Assembly (NCBI RefSeq): GCF_006345805.1
Contig: NC_042997.1
Coordinates: 106,702,001 to 106,766,000, forward strand
Direction: 5' to 3'
DNA length: 64,000 nucleotides
Origin: Octopus sinensis
Lineage: Eukaryota
The notes under the pieces were generated by a model. The model saw only the letters and a program-made list of their open reading frames with translations. It did no database searches and was not told the origin of the DNA. Every line of letters starts with the position of its first letter. Position 1 is the stretch's first letter. Position numbers and translations under genes: made by a program. This document shows positions 52,163-64,000 of the stretch, piece after piece.

Positions 52163-53090
52163 CAAGGTGGTATCAAAAAGTTCCCAGATTAGTTATGTTT
52201 AATAAAAAATAACTTATTTACCTAAGTGTTTATGTCATCATCTTGTTTACCTAAGTTTTAATATCATTGTCACCTTGTGCACCAATGCACCAGTCCCAGC
52301 ATTCCTGCCACTTTTGGAATCTGGTCTGAAAGTCATTTTCCATGGGTGAGTCGAGGCCCTTTTGCAATTCACTCTGGATCTTGACAGCAGTGTTAAAACA
52401 GCAACCTTTGAGCTACATTTTCATCTTGGTGAAGAGATGGAAGTCCGCAGGTGCTAAATCTGGTGAATAGGGCAGGTGCAGAAGCAATACTATGTTGCTT
52501 TTGGCAAGAAACTCACGAGTGAGCGTGGTGATAGGGTACATTGTCATTGTAAAGTATCCAATTCTTCAAGGAAGTTAGGAATGCCTGCCCAGACCCATAT
52601 TACAGACCAACAATAGCAGCAATATTGCTGATTGCCCTCTGACAATCCTCATGCACAAGCTGATGAGTTTTCTTCACATTTCTGGGGGTGACACTCTTGG
52701 CGGGTCTTCCGGATCACTCATTGTCTTCCAGGGACATTCTTCTGATTTTGAAGCACCTATGCCACTCAATACATTGTGTAGGACCCATTGCCTTGTTGAT
52801 GTAAGCTTGTTGAAACATGCTCAATGTCTCTGTAAAAGACTTCCTAAGTTTAGCACAAAATTTTATGCTGGCTTTTAGTTCCAACTTCCTGCCCATGAGA
52901 AAATCACAGACTACAGCATACATGTGATCACAAAAACACAAATTTCACAACTTGCAAAGTAATCAGAGCAATGTCTCTCAGCACACTGCCTCATGAAAGT
53001 CACTGCTAACTCTCACTTAGCCCACAACTGTATGCTGCCATCTGTTGGTGCACTACAGAACTAGTCCAGTAACTTTTTGATACCACCTAG
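52163..53090 (-). mobile_element. Internally deleted mariner element
   Basis: ~31 bp TIRs (CAAGGTGGTATCAAAAAGTTCCCAGATTAGT; other end reverse complement CTAGGTGGTATCAAAAAGTTACTGGACTAGT) flanked by TA. Remnants KASIKFCAKLRKS..EWHRCFK..SLEDNE, WILYNDNVPYH and YSPDLAPAD. The central catalytic region is missing. Confidence 0.92.
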
Positions 53091-55165
53091 TATAAACATA
53101 TACATAAATACACACATACATTTAGATATCTATATCTATATCTAAGCTTGGCTGTGTGGTAAGAAGCTTGCTTCCCAACCACATAGTTCTGGGTTGACCC
53201 ATTGAATAGCATCTTGGGCAAATGTCTTCTACTATAACCTCAGATCTGATGTGGTAGATTCATTTTGTGAGTGTATAAAATTTCAAGCCATATGGAGCTA
53301 CACACACACATACATATGTGTGTGTGTGAAATCCTGTCCTCCACAACCCTGCTGAAAAAGATTGACCTGCAAGAGTCCTGTGCTGGTACTATGTAAAAAG
53401 CACTTGTGTCGGTGCCATATAAAAGCACTCATGCCAGTGCCACATCATAAGCACCCACTGCATGCTGTAAAGTGGTTGGTATTAGAAAGGGTATCTAGCT
53501 GTAGAAACCAAGCCAAATCAAATTGGGACCTGATACAGCTCTCCAGCCCATGCCAGCATAGAAAACTGGTGTTAATGAAGGAGGAGGAGGATGTATAAAC
53601 AAACACACTCATACACACACACACACACATACAACACACACCACCCAAGCATTGGGCAGGGTTGGAGTGTGGGCCTTTACCTTGGGAGAGCCAAAATCTT
53701 GGGATTAAAAATTTTTTAAATATATTTACAACAATCAAATAAATAATTTCTTTTTTGTCTATATTTGTTTAATTTTTTAAAAATCTAATTAAATCCTTTT
53801 AAAATAACCCTCTTTTAATTTATTGGTTCCTTTTAGATTTAAAAGTCCACTAAATCTGAGTTCCTCTAAACTTACCAAGACCCTTTTAAGTTTTGGGCCT
53901 CTTCAAACTGTTTGGTGCCTCGAGATTTAATGGGGTCTCCTTATTCATCTTTTCTGTTTTGAATTAGTGGTGTCACATAAAAGTGCTTGTATGGTGCCGC
54001 ACAAAAGTGCCTATGCAGAGTATCTGTGCACCCATGCAAAGTATCTGTGTGGTGCCACATAAAAGCACCCAGCACACTCTGTAAAGTGGTTGGCATTAGG
54101 AAGAGAATCCAGCCATAGAAGCCATGCTAGATGAGACTGGAGACTGATACAGCTCCCCAGCTTACCAGCTCTAGTCAAACCATCCAACCCATGCCAGCAG
54201 GGACAACGGACGTTAAATGATGATGATAGGGGCCCTCAAAATTTATTTGCCCAAGAGCCCCACTACGTCTAAATCTGACCCTACTTAAGTAACAGAAGCT
54301 GTCAATTACGCCTTGCAAGTCTTCCAAGTATTTGAAAGACTTCCTTTCATAGGTTTTCTTATTGCTAAATACTCCTGTGCTTCTATTACATATGATGTCT
54401 TCGCTTTTTATCCACCTATGATGTCACTGTTTGTGCACAAATAATGTTTACATATTAATATACACATACTCCCACTCCCACACACTTGTATATATGCATC
54501 TGCTTGTTTATATGTACGTGTACCTGTTTGCATATGTTTGAGTGTAGATAAAATAAAAGATTCCTTTTAACTTATAAAACCAGTTTGTTAGCTTTTAACA
54601 ACTACCCAGTTAAAATAACTAAAATATAAAAAGTTGTACAAATTTTAAGATTTGTAAAGAGAGTATCTGGGGGAAAAAAATTCTCTGTGTAGTATTATTA
54701 ACAACTCTGTTTGACTATGTTTGTTGCATAGATAGCTACATAATATCTTTTATTTATTTAAATTTGCAATGTTGTCATCACTTGAAAACTGTAATTGAAA
54801 AATATTTCTACATGAGTGTCTGTTTGCACATGACTGTATGATGGCGTGCAAGTGCATGTGTGTGTGTGTGTGAAAAAGAGCACTAGAATACTCAGCCACT
54901 AAAGACAAGTTGTAAGAGAACATAAGTGGGCTGCATTCATTTACAAAGAATTAATAATCCTGTTTTTCTAAGCTTGCATATTTCTATCCAGACAGGTGTG
55001 TGTATGTATGCTTATGTTGCATAGAGCTGCAGTAACACCATTTATGTTTGTCTCTTGCTGTCTGACAACTATTGTTGGTTTGTTTACATCCTTTGATTTA
55101 TAATGGAAGGCAAATTTTACGATATCGGGAGAATATCACCTTCTCCCATTATATCTTGTTCTTCA

Positions 55166-55572
55166 TGTAGTTCAGGCTCCGGCAGGTGAAGAAAGAAGTC
55201 TTTAAGCACAAATGCAATTTACAACTGGTTTATTTACAAGTTTCACAGAACAGGTGAAGTGCATTGCTCTCAGCAACCATCTCGAGCTGTGTGCGTGGTA
55301 TCGTATCTCCATTAGTGCGGGCACATTGCCTCTGGAGGTACAACATGCAGACAGGCCCAGCCAGTGAAGTGTGCTCAGCAAGTGCTGCTGCAAAGAAGCG
55401 GAGAGAGGGAATCTGTTTCTGTTTGGTCCTTATATACAGTTGCCATCGTGAGCCTTGTTGTGATCTCATGTATAGCAAATGGATGCAGGTGAGGTCTCGC
55501 TCCAGTCTCGGAGATGGCAATGGCTGCAGCGAGATCTCATCCAATATGGCGCTGACTGCTTGTGCTGCTACA
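55166..55572 (-). mobile_element. Solo LTR (407 bp) of an LTR retrotransposon
   Basis: Termini TGTAG...CTACA form a 5 bp inverted repeat. On the minus strand a TATATAA box (55430-55436) precedes AATAAA (55229-55234). The segment is richer in GC and CpG than its flanks. The TSD is imperfect (TCTTCA/GATTCA). Confidence 0.7.
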
Positions 55573-55829
55573 GATTCATTTAAACCCTTCAAGATGGTAT
55601 TCCAGCATGGCCTTAATCCAGCAGCTGAAGCAAGTGAAAGAAAATAAGTATGATGCATGTGTATACACCATTATAAAATGCCAATTTTTCCATGCTTCTA
55701 TGGGTCAGATGGAATTTGTGCAGGTAGATTTTCTTCAGCCATATGCAGACAACATCTCTTGTATAATAATGATTGTTTAAAGCTATTATATGATGTCAAG
55801 ACAAGGGTATATCCACCCATGCAAACAAG

Positions 55830-55861
<32 letters not shown>

Positions 55862-55955
55862 CATTCATATATATATATTATGTAGTTAATAAATATATAT
55901 ATGTGTATATATATACTGTTGTGTCCAGGGAGAGTCATTCACTTTTAGTGAATAT

Positions 55956-56358
55956 AGGTGCAGGAGTGGCTGTGTGGTAAGTAGCTTGCTAACCAACCAC
56001 ATGGTTCCGGGTTCAGTCTCACTGCGTGGCATCTTGGGCAAGTGTCTTCTACTATAGCCCCGGGCCGACCAATGCCTTGTGAGTGGATTTGGTAGATGGA
56101 AACTGAAAGAAGCCTGTCGTATATATGTATATATATATATGTATGTGTGTGTGTGTTTGTGTGACTGTGTTTGTCCCCCTAGCATTGCTTGACAACCAAT
56201 GCTGGTGTGTTTACGTCTCCGTCACTTAGTGGTTCGGCAAAAGAGACCGATAGAATAAGTACTGGTCTTACAAAGAATAAGTCCCGGGGTCGATTTGCTC
56301 GACTAAAGGCGGTGCTCCAGCATGGCCACAGTCAAATGACTGAAACAAGTGAAAGAGA
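55956..56358 (+). mobile_element. SINE family A, full-length
   Basis: High identity to 16717-17075. Confidence 0.85.
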
Positions 56359-56557
56359 AAGATATATATATATATATATATATTTATGCATATACAAGAC
56401 TCTTCTTTCAGTCAACATCTACCAAATCTACTCAATCTTTGGTCAACCCAGAACTATAGTTGTTGCTCAAGGGGCATGTTGTGAGACTGAACCTTGTCTG
56501 TGAGTTTAGAGCTTAGCTGTGTGATTACTTATATTACTTGTATGTGTATGTGTGTAC

Positions 56558-56637
<80 letters not shown>

Positions 56638-56701
56638 AGAGAGAGAAATGAGTAACAAAGATATACAGGTGTCAATTCATTATGCCTGTTTCAAGCAACT
56701 C

Positions 56702-56984
56702 CTTTAATTGATCAATGAAAACATTACATCATTTGAAAGAAACCATTCTCATCAGATGACTGCATAGACTTCAAATATAAAGAATACAACCATTTCCTTA
56801 ATATATTGACATCAATAATGGAACTCAAAATATTTACATTGCTTCTTTTGTCATATCTGTGGCAGAATGGTTGATGTGAAAATGTTAAGGAAATGGTTGT
56901 ATCCTCCATGTTTGAAGTCTATGTGGTCATCAGATGAGAACAGTTTATTTCAAATGATGTAATGTTTTCGTTAATCAATTAAAG
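56702..56984. repeat. Long inverted repeat (foldback), ~114 bp arms and a 55 bp spacer
   Basis: Arm 56702-56815 pairs with the reverse complement of 56871-56984 at roughly 80-85% identity by eye. Confidence 0.9.
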
Positions 56985-57285
56985 ATATCACTTACATCTG
57001 TACATTTTTGTTACTCATTTATATTTTATTCACCTGACTTGGAATCTACACTTCGGAAATACTATAGAAAGTACCTTTATTAAAAGTACATGTCTGAATT
57101 AGCAAGAGCGGATATCTTCACTTAGCTGGGTTATGTTGCCTGCACACACAGCAGGAATATCAGGTACAAACACCCCTGCACGGAGTCTTGATATTCAATA
57201 TTCAATTAATATTGTTTGGGTGTACAGATTATATAGACCTAGCAAGGTGTCTCAATTTAAGTACCTAATTCAATGGAATCTTAAT

Positions 57286-57325
<40 letters not shown>

Positions 57326-57389
57326 GACGGGCAAGATCTTAACACTCTCGATTGCAGCCTCAGCTACCATGGTCTCCCATGAGTAGAGA

Positions 57390-57870
57390 TCCTGATAGTA
57401 CTCCACCCATGTCGCCTAAATATCTTATACCTGCACTGCCTCCAGAAAATCCTTGGCATCAAATGGCAGAATCATGTCCCCAACAAAGATGTCCTCAAGC
57501 AAGCAGGAATAACAAGCATGTTTGCACTCCTCACACAAAGACGTGAGATGGCTTGGACATGTTAGCCATATGGAAGATGGCAGAATCCCTAAGGACATAC
57601 TCTACAGAGAGCTTGCTAGGGGCACTAGGTCTGTGGGAAGACTGTTCTTATGATACAAGGATGTTTGCAAAAGGGACATACATGAAGGCCTGTGGCATAT
57701 TTATTAGCAACTGGGAAGCAGTTGCCAGCAACTGTGGAGATTAGTGATGTACCGTAAAAGAGGGAACACAAAGGAGTGACAGAGGGAGAGAGGAGAAATG
57801 GAAAGATAAGAAAAGATGTCAACAAGAAACTATGACATTACAACCAGCCAGGCAAAGTCTTCGCTACATT
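57390..57870 (+). mobile_element. Degenerate RTE-clade LINE 3' fragment
   Basis: Across frames: ILGIKWQNHVPNKDVLKQAGITSMFALLTQR..WLGHVSHMEDGRIPKDILY.ELARGTRSVGR..YKDVCKRD. Confidence 0.85.
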
Positions 57871-60383
57871 TGCGGCACCTTTGTGTTTGTCCAGGATAGG
57901 ACTACACAGCCACAGCAGGAGATGTATTAGGACATGAAATGTAAAAGCTGGACTAGATTATTTTATGCGCAACTCCATTGTCTCCCAAGACAAAAAAGGA
58001 TGCCAACAACAACAATATTTATATATATATAGTGAAGATGCATGGCTTAGTGGTTAGGATAATCGACTCATGATTGTAAGGTCATGTGTTCGATTTCTGG
58101 GAGTGCATTGTGTCCTTGAGCAAGGCACTTTATTTTATGTTGCTCCAGTTCACTCCACTGGCAAAAGTGAATTGTACCTGTAATTGAAAGGGCCAACCTT
58201 GTCACATTCTGTGTCATGTTGAATCTCTTCAAGAACTATGTTAAGGGTACATGTGTCTGTGGAGTGCTGTCACTTTCACGTTAATTTCAGGAGCAGGCTG
58301 TTATGTTGATTGGATCAGCTGAAGCCCATGGAATGCCAGTTTAGTTTATGTGTGTGTGTGTGTGTGTAATAATTTGAACATTTGAAAATAGCTATATTTA
58401 TTTCAAGGTATTTCTCTCTAAGAAAATGAAGAATCTCATTGTACTTGTAGCATGTGTATTCTATCTATAGATGTAGTTAAAAGTCTCCTCTCTTTCATGT
58501 GGCATAATTTTCTTTTCCATTTACTATCTTTACTGTTTCTTAATGAACAAAGCATTTTCATTCTAGTGCTTCTCACTAAAAGATAATACACCACACCAAC
58601 TTATATTGATAACTGAGAAAGAAACCCAATGCAAATTCTATTCTTACACTCGCAGTTAAATGCTCTGTTTTTTCTCTATATTCTAATTTATTTCTTGAAT
58701 TGTCTGCTGTTTGTTTATTTTTCTCTCTTTCCAGAATAAATGTCACATGGTTATTTCTAAAAATATAACTAGATTGGGTTTTACAGGCTGCCACTCAAAG
58801 ATAAAATAAACTTAAAAAGGGTAGAAAAGAAAAGGTCAAACAATGTATCAGGAAAACGTTCCTTGTTTGCCAGATGTTGTATATTTTAATTGTGAAATGA
58901 TTATATTATTATGTAATTTTCTTTTGTTTTCACTGTATGTAGGTAAAGGTTAAGATAGAGAGGCGGGGTATTTATGAGCTCATTCAAAGGTAGATTCAAG
59001 CCTTAATTTTAATATCTAAACAATTCACATAATATTTCATTCATCTTAATCAACTTTGCTGAAAATGAGGTATTCTTTTCATTTCATCGTTGAATGGCAG
59101 GTACCCAACTGTGAAATGCTTCTAATTTATGAAAATATATCAGTGTTCAGGACCATTAAATCTATGAACACCCTGCCCAAAACAACAAAAATAAACATTA
59201 AGTAAAAGGAAGATATAAATATTTATTTCCCTTTGTTCATTGCTTTTTATCTTTCAGTAGATTAAAAAGTGATAAATAAAAGAAGTTAAATGGCTCCAGC
59301 CCAGAACAAATAGACCTGTTGCTTACTATGCTATTATTTAGCCCAGGTTATGGCAACAAGTTTTTAGAATTGTTAGGCAATCAGACAAAATGCTTAGCAG
59401 CATTTCTTCTGGCTCTTTATGTTCTGGGTTGATTCTGCCTTTCATGCTTTAGGTGGTGAGAGGTGGGCTGATAAAATAAATACCAGTAGAACACTGGGGT
59501 CAACATAATTGACTTACCCACCCCCTTAAAATTGCTGACCATGCACCAAAATTTAAAACCATTATTTGGCCCAGGTTAGGCAGCAAATTAGCATAGACAT
59601 TAGAGTGTCAGATAAAATACCTGGCAGTATTTGCTCTGTCGCTCTGAGTTCAAATCCTGCCACGGTCAACTTTACAATCCTTTTAGAGTTGATAAATTTT
59701 CAGACCAATGGATTGGCAGAAAAAATAAATAAATGCGCCCTTTTAAAGCCTAGCCAGGCTCATGGACCCGGTTTCTATGGCGTATGTGTTGCCCAGCTGG
59801 ACGGGACGCCAGTTCATTGCAGTGTTACTCATTTTTGCCAGCTGAGTGGCCTGCAGCAACGTGAAATAAAGTGTTTTGCTCAAGAACACAACACATTGCC
59901 TGGTCCAGGAATCGAAACCACAATGTTAGGATCATGATGCTGACACCTTAACTTCTAAGCCACACGCCTCCACATAATGGATTGGCAGAACTGTAAGAAT
60001 ATTGAACTGGATGTCTTGTTTTGTTCCAGTTTACTGCGTTCTGAGTTCAAATCCTGTTGGGGCTTAATTGGGTGGTAGATTTACTTCATCACCTGTTTTA
60101 ACACAGCTACCTTGCATACTGAGTGCTTCCAATAGAATATATTCTATTGTAAGCATTCAGGCCATACCTTTAGTTTGAAGATAGCTTTCTTCCCTCCTTC
60201 CAATCAGTCTCAGAAATTTTATGATCATTGCCTTCCTTTCATCATGAAAGAAGTGTGTTGTGTGTAAGTATTTATATATAGTAGTACTCAAAAACTTAGT
60301 CTCTGATGTCTTTGCTGGGGATCATTCCATAAAGTAAAGAAAGGCTATTAGAGGGATCAAGTTGAGTGGGTATAGGCAATTAT

Positions 60384-60767
60384 ACTCTTTACTCTTTTAC
60401 TTGTTTCAGTCATTTGACTGTGGCCATGCTGGAGCACCACATTTAGTTGAGCAAATCAACCCCAGGATTTATTCTTTGTAAGCCTAGTACTTATTCTATT
60501 GGTCTCTTTTGCCGAACCACTAAGTTACGGCGACGTAAACACACCAGCATCGGTTGTCAATCGATGTTGGGGGCACAAACATATACACACGCATAAATAT
60601 ATACGACGGGCTTCTTTCAGTTTCCATCTACCAAATCCACTCACAAAGCTTTGGTCGACCCAAGGCTATAGTAGAAGACACTTGCCCAAGGTGCCACGCA
60701 GTGGGACTGAACCCAGAACCATGTGGTTGGTAAACAAGCTACTTACCACACAGCCACTCCTACGCCT
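60384..60767 (-). mobile_element. SINE family A, full-length
   Basis: Reverse complement of the family A consensus. Confidence 0.85.
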
Positions 60768-61280
60768 ATGTGGATAAACAAATTAGATACATCAAATATA
60801 TTAAATATATTATACAAAATATGTATATATGTATACATGCAAAATGTGAGAATGCAAAAGGTGGAGACTTTCAGAAGATGAATTTTTAAGTATAAATATA
60901 TTGATGTTTATGTTTCAACTTACACAGAGTACAAACAACAAAGAAAATCAAAGTGGCAGAAGAAAGGTGTTAAAAGTCCAACAGCTGTTTCTGGAGACTT
61001 GGTGATCCATAATAATGTTGGTAGGTTTAATTCATCACAAAATGCAGCCATATGGATGCAACACACACACACACACACACACATATATATGTGTTTGGGT
61101 GTGCCTTTGTGTTCGTCCCCGCAATACCATATAGCAACCAGTGTTGGTTTATTTAAGTCTCTGTAACTTAACAGTTTGGCAAAAGAGACCAATAGAATAA
61201 GTACTGGGGTTGATTTGTTTGATTAAAACTCCTTCATGGTTTTAATCCTAGCATGGCTGAGGTTCAGTGATTGAAACAAA

Positions 61281-61731
61281 TCTCTATATATATAAATGGC
61301 AAAATGTGTGTGTGTGTGTGTGTGCGCGCGTGTCCTTTATACAAATCCACAATTTTTCAGTTAGAGGGCTCGCACTTTCTATGGTGATTCAAAACCGTCC
61401 AAGGGTGGTCGTGCACATCTTTACATTTCCCCAGTCACCCCGCAAAGCCATTAAAAAATATCTTTAATTTTAATGAGTTGTTTGTTGTTGGTGGGGAGAA
61501 TCAGTTTAGTGAATTTATTGAAGTATCAATGTATATGTTGGATTTTGTTTGTTAATTTTTTTATGTTTATGATGTGGGTTGTATCAATGATTGCGGAAAC
61601 TCATCGAGCTCCTTTTGATTTTGCTGAGGGTGAGTCAGCATTGGTTTCTGGTTTTAATGTTGAATATGGGGCAGTAGGTTTTGCCTTGTTATTGGCTGAG
61701 TATAGAAATCGTTGCTGGGTCATAGTGCTAG
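61281..61731 (+). mobile_element. Non-autonomous Helitron-like element (family H1) containing the ND1 NUMT
   Basis: 5' A|TCTCTATATATATAAATGGCAAAATG and 3' GCTGGGTCATAGTGCTAG|T, an A^T insertion with no TSD. 61295-61459 aligns with the copies at 24369 and 28672-29172. Confidence 0.8.
61458..61709 (+). pseudogene. ND1: NUMT: nuclear copy of part of mitochondrial NADH dehydrogenase subunit 1
   Basis: In the invertebrate mitochondrial code it reads MSLILMSCLLLVGSISLVNLLKYQ...[45 protein letters not shown], matching the ND1 signature [25 protein letters not shown]. The strand is T/G-rich. It has an E>A change in GESE and is one codon short before AEY. It is flanked by Helitron-like sequence. Confidence 0.95.
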
Positions 61732-62946
61732 TAAAAGATAAAACAAGTAAAGGGATCATTAAAGATAGTATTTTGTAACAACTTCGAAGGATTTTGTTGT
61801 GTGTTGTTCAGAAATAGAGAGGGTGAGCTGCCAGTATGTGTTCTGATTGTGCTGTGGAAAGAGACACAGTTGTTATCTCCTTATTGAAGGATTCTCATGA
61901 GGATTCTGTTTGTGGCATAATAAGTTTGTTTGCTAAAAAGGGCATTAGGTTGCATGTGGCTGACAGTTGTGTTCAGAAGATTAAGGAGGTGTGAAACATA
62001 AATAACCATCTGTATAGGAATATGTGTGTTGTTAGCAGGAACAGCAAGTAGATTTATATATATATATTTAGAAGGAAGAGGTGTTTGGAACATTACCAGA
62101 CCTTGAGGGTTGTACATTTATGTCATCAGCAGCAGCAACAGCAGAATCATCAGAATAAGAATCAGAATCACTACCATCACCACCATACAATGTTGCACTT
62201 TGTTCCCAAGTGTCATATACTCTGCCTTTCACTAAGTGAGAGAATCTCTTTGTTGCTAATAGAGATAATAGCTTCTTAAATGTTTTCCACCTTATTTTAC
62301 TTTAGCTACCGTTGTGTGTGTGTATGTGTGTGCACGTGTGTTTGTGCATGTGCATGCATATTTGCATGTGTGTGCAAAGCAGGAAAGGATTAACAGAGGC
62401 AAAATAAAAAGGGTTTCCTTGGTCCTATTTGTGACGATCTCTTTAAATTAACAAAGCTGCCTGTTGCCATGTGTGTCAGACATTTAAATACTGCAATAAA
62501 AAATGAGATGCTACGAAATTTGTCCAACCCATGCCAGCATGCAAAGCAAAGGAGAGGAAAAATAGTGTAAAATTATAATTTTGTTTCTTTTTCAAATATT
62601 GTAAGGTCATTTTCTTAGCTAAAGTAGTGGTGATGGTGGTTGCAGGGGAGGTTAGACTTGCAGACCCCATAACAGTTTTCTCCAAATTATGCTCATCAAG
62701 GTTTCCTTTATTTGAAGTAGCATTTTATGGCCAGATGCCCTTCCCAATACCAACCCTTTTAGACATATCTATATTCAAGGATACAGTGTACTTCTTCTAA
62801 AACTGGGGTATACACATGATGTCAATATTTTCATTCTTGCCATGAAAGAAATGATAGAACCATGATGTGAATGTTGTTTGCTTGGCTTCTTTATGTAGCA
62901 ATTCTAAGAGAGAAAGGGTAGGAAGGAGAAGAGAAATGAGAATAAC

Positions 62947-63008
<62 letters not shown>

Positions 63009-63083
63009 GTCTGTCTATCTGCCTGTCTGCCTGCCTGCTTCTCTCTCTCTCTCTATCATCATCATCATCATCATCATCATCAT
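62947..63083. repeat. Compound (TCTA)n/(CTGT)n/(CT)n/(CAT)n microsatellite
   Basis: Direct reading. Confidence 0.95.
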
Positions 63084-63623
63084 CGTTTAACGTCCGCTTT
63101 CCATGCTAGCATGGGTTGGACGGTTCAACTGGGGTCTGGCAAGCCCGAAGGCTGCACCAGGCCAGTCAGATCTGGCAGTGTTTCTACAGCTGGATGCCCT
63201 TCCTAACGCCAACCACTCCGATCTATCTGTCTGTCTGTCTGTCTATCTGTCTGTCTACCTATCTATCTATCTATCTATCTATCTATTTATCTATCTCTCT
63301 ATCTATCTTATTAATTGAAGTGTACAGTATTATATATACATTACAGCTGATCTTACCAGTTGGTTTTGCATGAGGGGTTCAACAGATTGTTAGATAACAG
63401 CCTGATTATGTAACCCTGTGCTCTTATCTAGCACTCTGTTCAACTTCTAGTGCAAAACCAATTGGTAAGATCAGCCAATTAATATACCTGTTCTGTTAAT
63501 ATACCTACTCTGTATGCCTACTCAATTAATATACCTACTCTGTTGACAAATATATGAATGCATATATTTTCTAACTTGTGCATTCTTAGCGCTACACACA
63601 CACACACATGCATATATATATGA

Positions 63624-64000
63624 CCGAGACCTTTGAAAGTGTGCTGTGCGTGAGAAGACCCAGCAAGACAAGTGAGACCATAACCCGGGATGTGCCAGTC
63701 CACTTATGCATGCCTTTCCTTCTGGGGACACAAAACTCTACTTGTGAAGACCTGTTGAGGCAAGTGAGAATCGAAATCGACCAACATCAGCGGAAATTGC
63801 AGCTGTGATACCAGTGCTGGTGGCACGTAAGATAACCATTCGAATGTGGCCATTGCCAGCATCGCCCCGACTGGCCTCATGCCGGTGGCACGTAAAAAGC
63901 TCCATCCGTTCGTGGCCGTTGCCAGCCTCGCCTGGCCCCCGTGCCAGTGGCACATAAAAAGCACCATCCGATTGTGGCCGTTTGCCAGCCACGTCTGGCA
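63624..64000 (+). mobile_element. 3' end of an RTE-like LINE (last codons plus 3' UTR with tandem palindromic units), running off the window
   Basis: DRDL*KCAVREKTQQDK* resembles an RTE ORF end. It is followed by ~55-60 bp units containing GTGCCGGTGGCACGTAAAAAGCACC. Confidence 0.7.

Noticed and set aside
55230-55658. 142 aa and 127 aa overlapping ORFs in GC-richer DNA
   Set aside because: They lie within the solo LTR, and no protein motif is recognisable.
61473-61778. 101 aa ORF as a functional nuclear-encoded ND1
   Set aside because: It is only an internal ND1 fragment with lesions in conserved positions. The C-terminus is Helitron and flanking read-through.

Overview
AT-rich animal nuclear DNA full of microsatellites. 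It is almost certainly cephalopod (Octopus-like), inferred from a mollusc-type mitochondrial ND1 fragment and the repeat landscape. I could not identify an intact host protein-coding gene, RNA gene or CRISPR array. Nearly all ORFs in the supplied track are microsatellite translations, SINE/LINE-tail read-throughs or transposon remnants. The window is a transposon graveyard: dozens of tRNA-derived SINEs of at least three families, RTE-clade LINE fragments, several Penelope-like (PLE) remnants, degenerate Tc1, mariner and maT/DD37D-like transposases, hAT-, piggyBac- and Tc1-type MITEs, three non-autonomous Helitron families and a solo LTR. Best observations: (i) a mitochondrial ND1 fragment (NUMT) inside a Helitron-like element, ending exactly at its 3' hairpin; (ii) hammerhead-ribozyme-like motifs at PLE ends, one family sharing a non-canonical core; (iii) a roughly 3 kb decayed coding-like stretch of unknown origin; (iv) a 283 bp foldback; (v) a nested hAT/SINE stack with a near-identical 1014 bp tandem duplication. 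Boundaries were read by eye and are approximate unless termini are quoted. No database searches were run.
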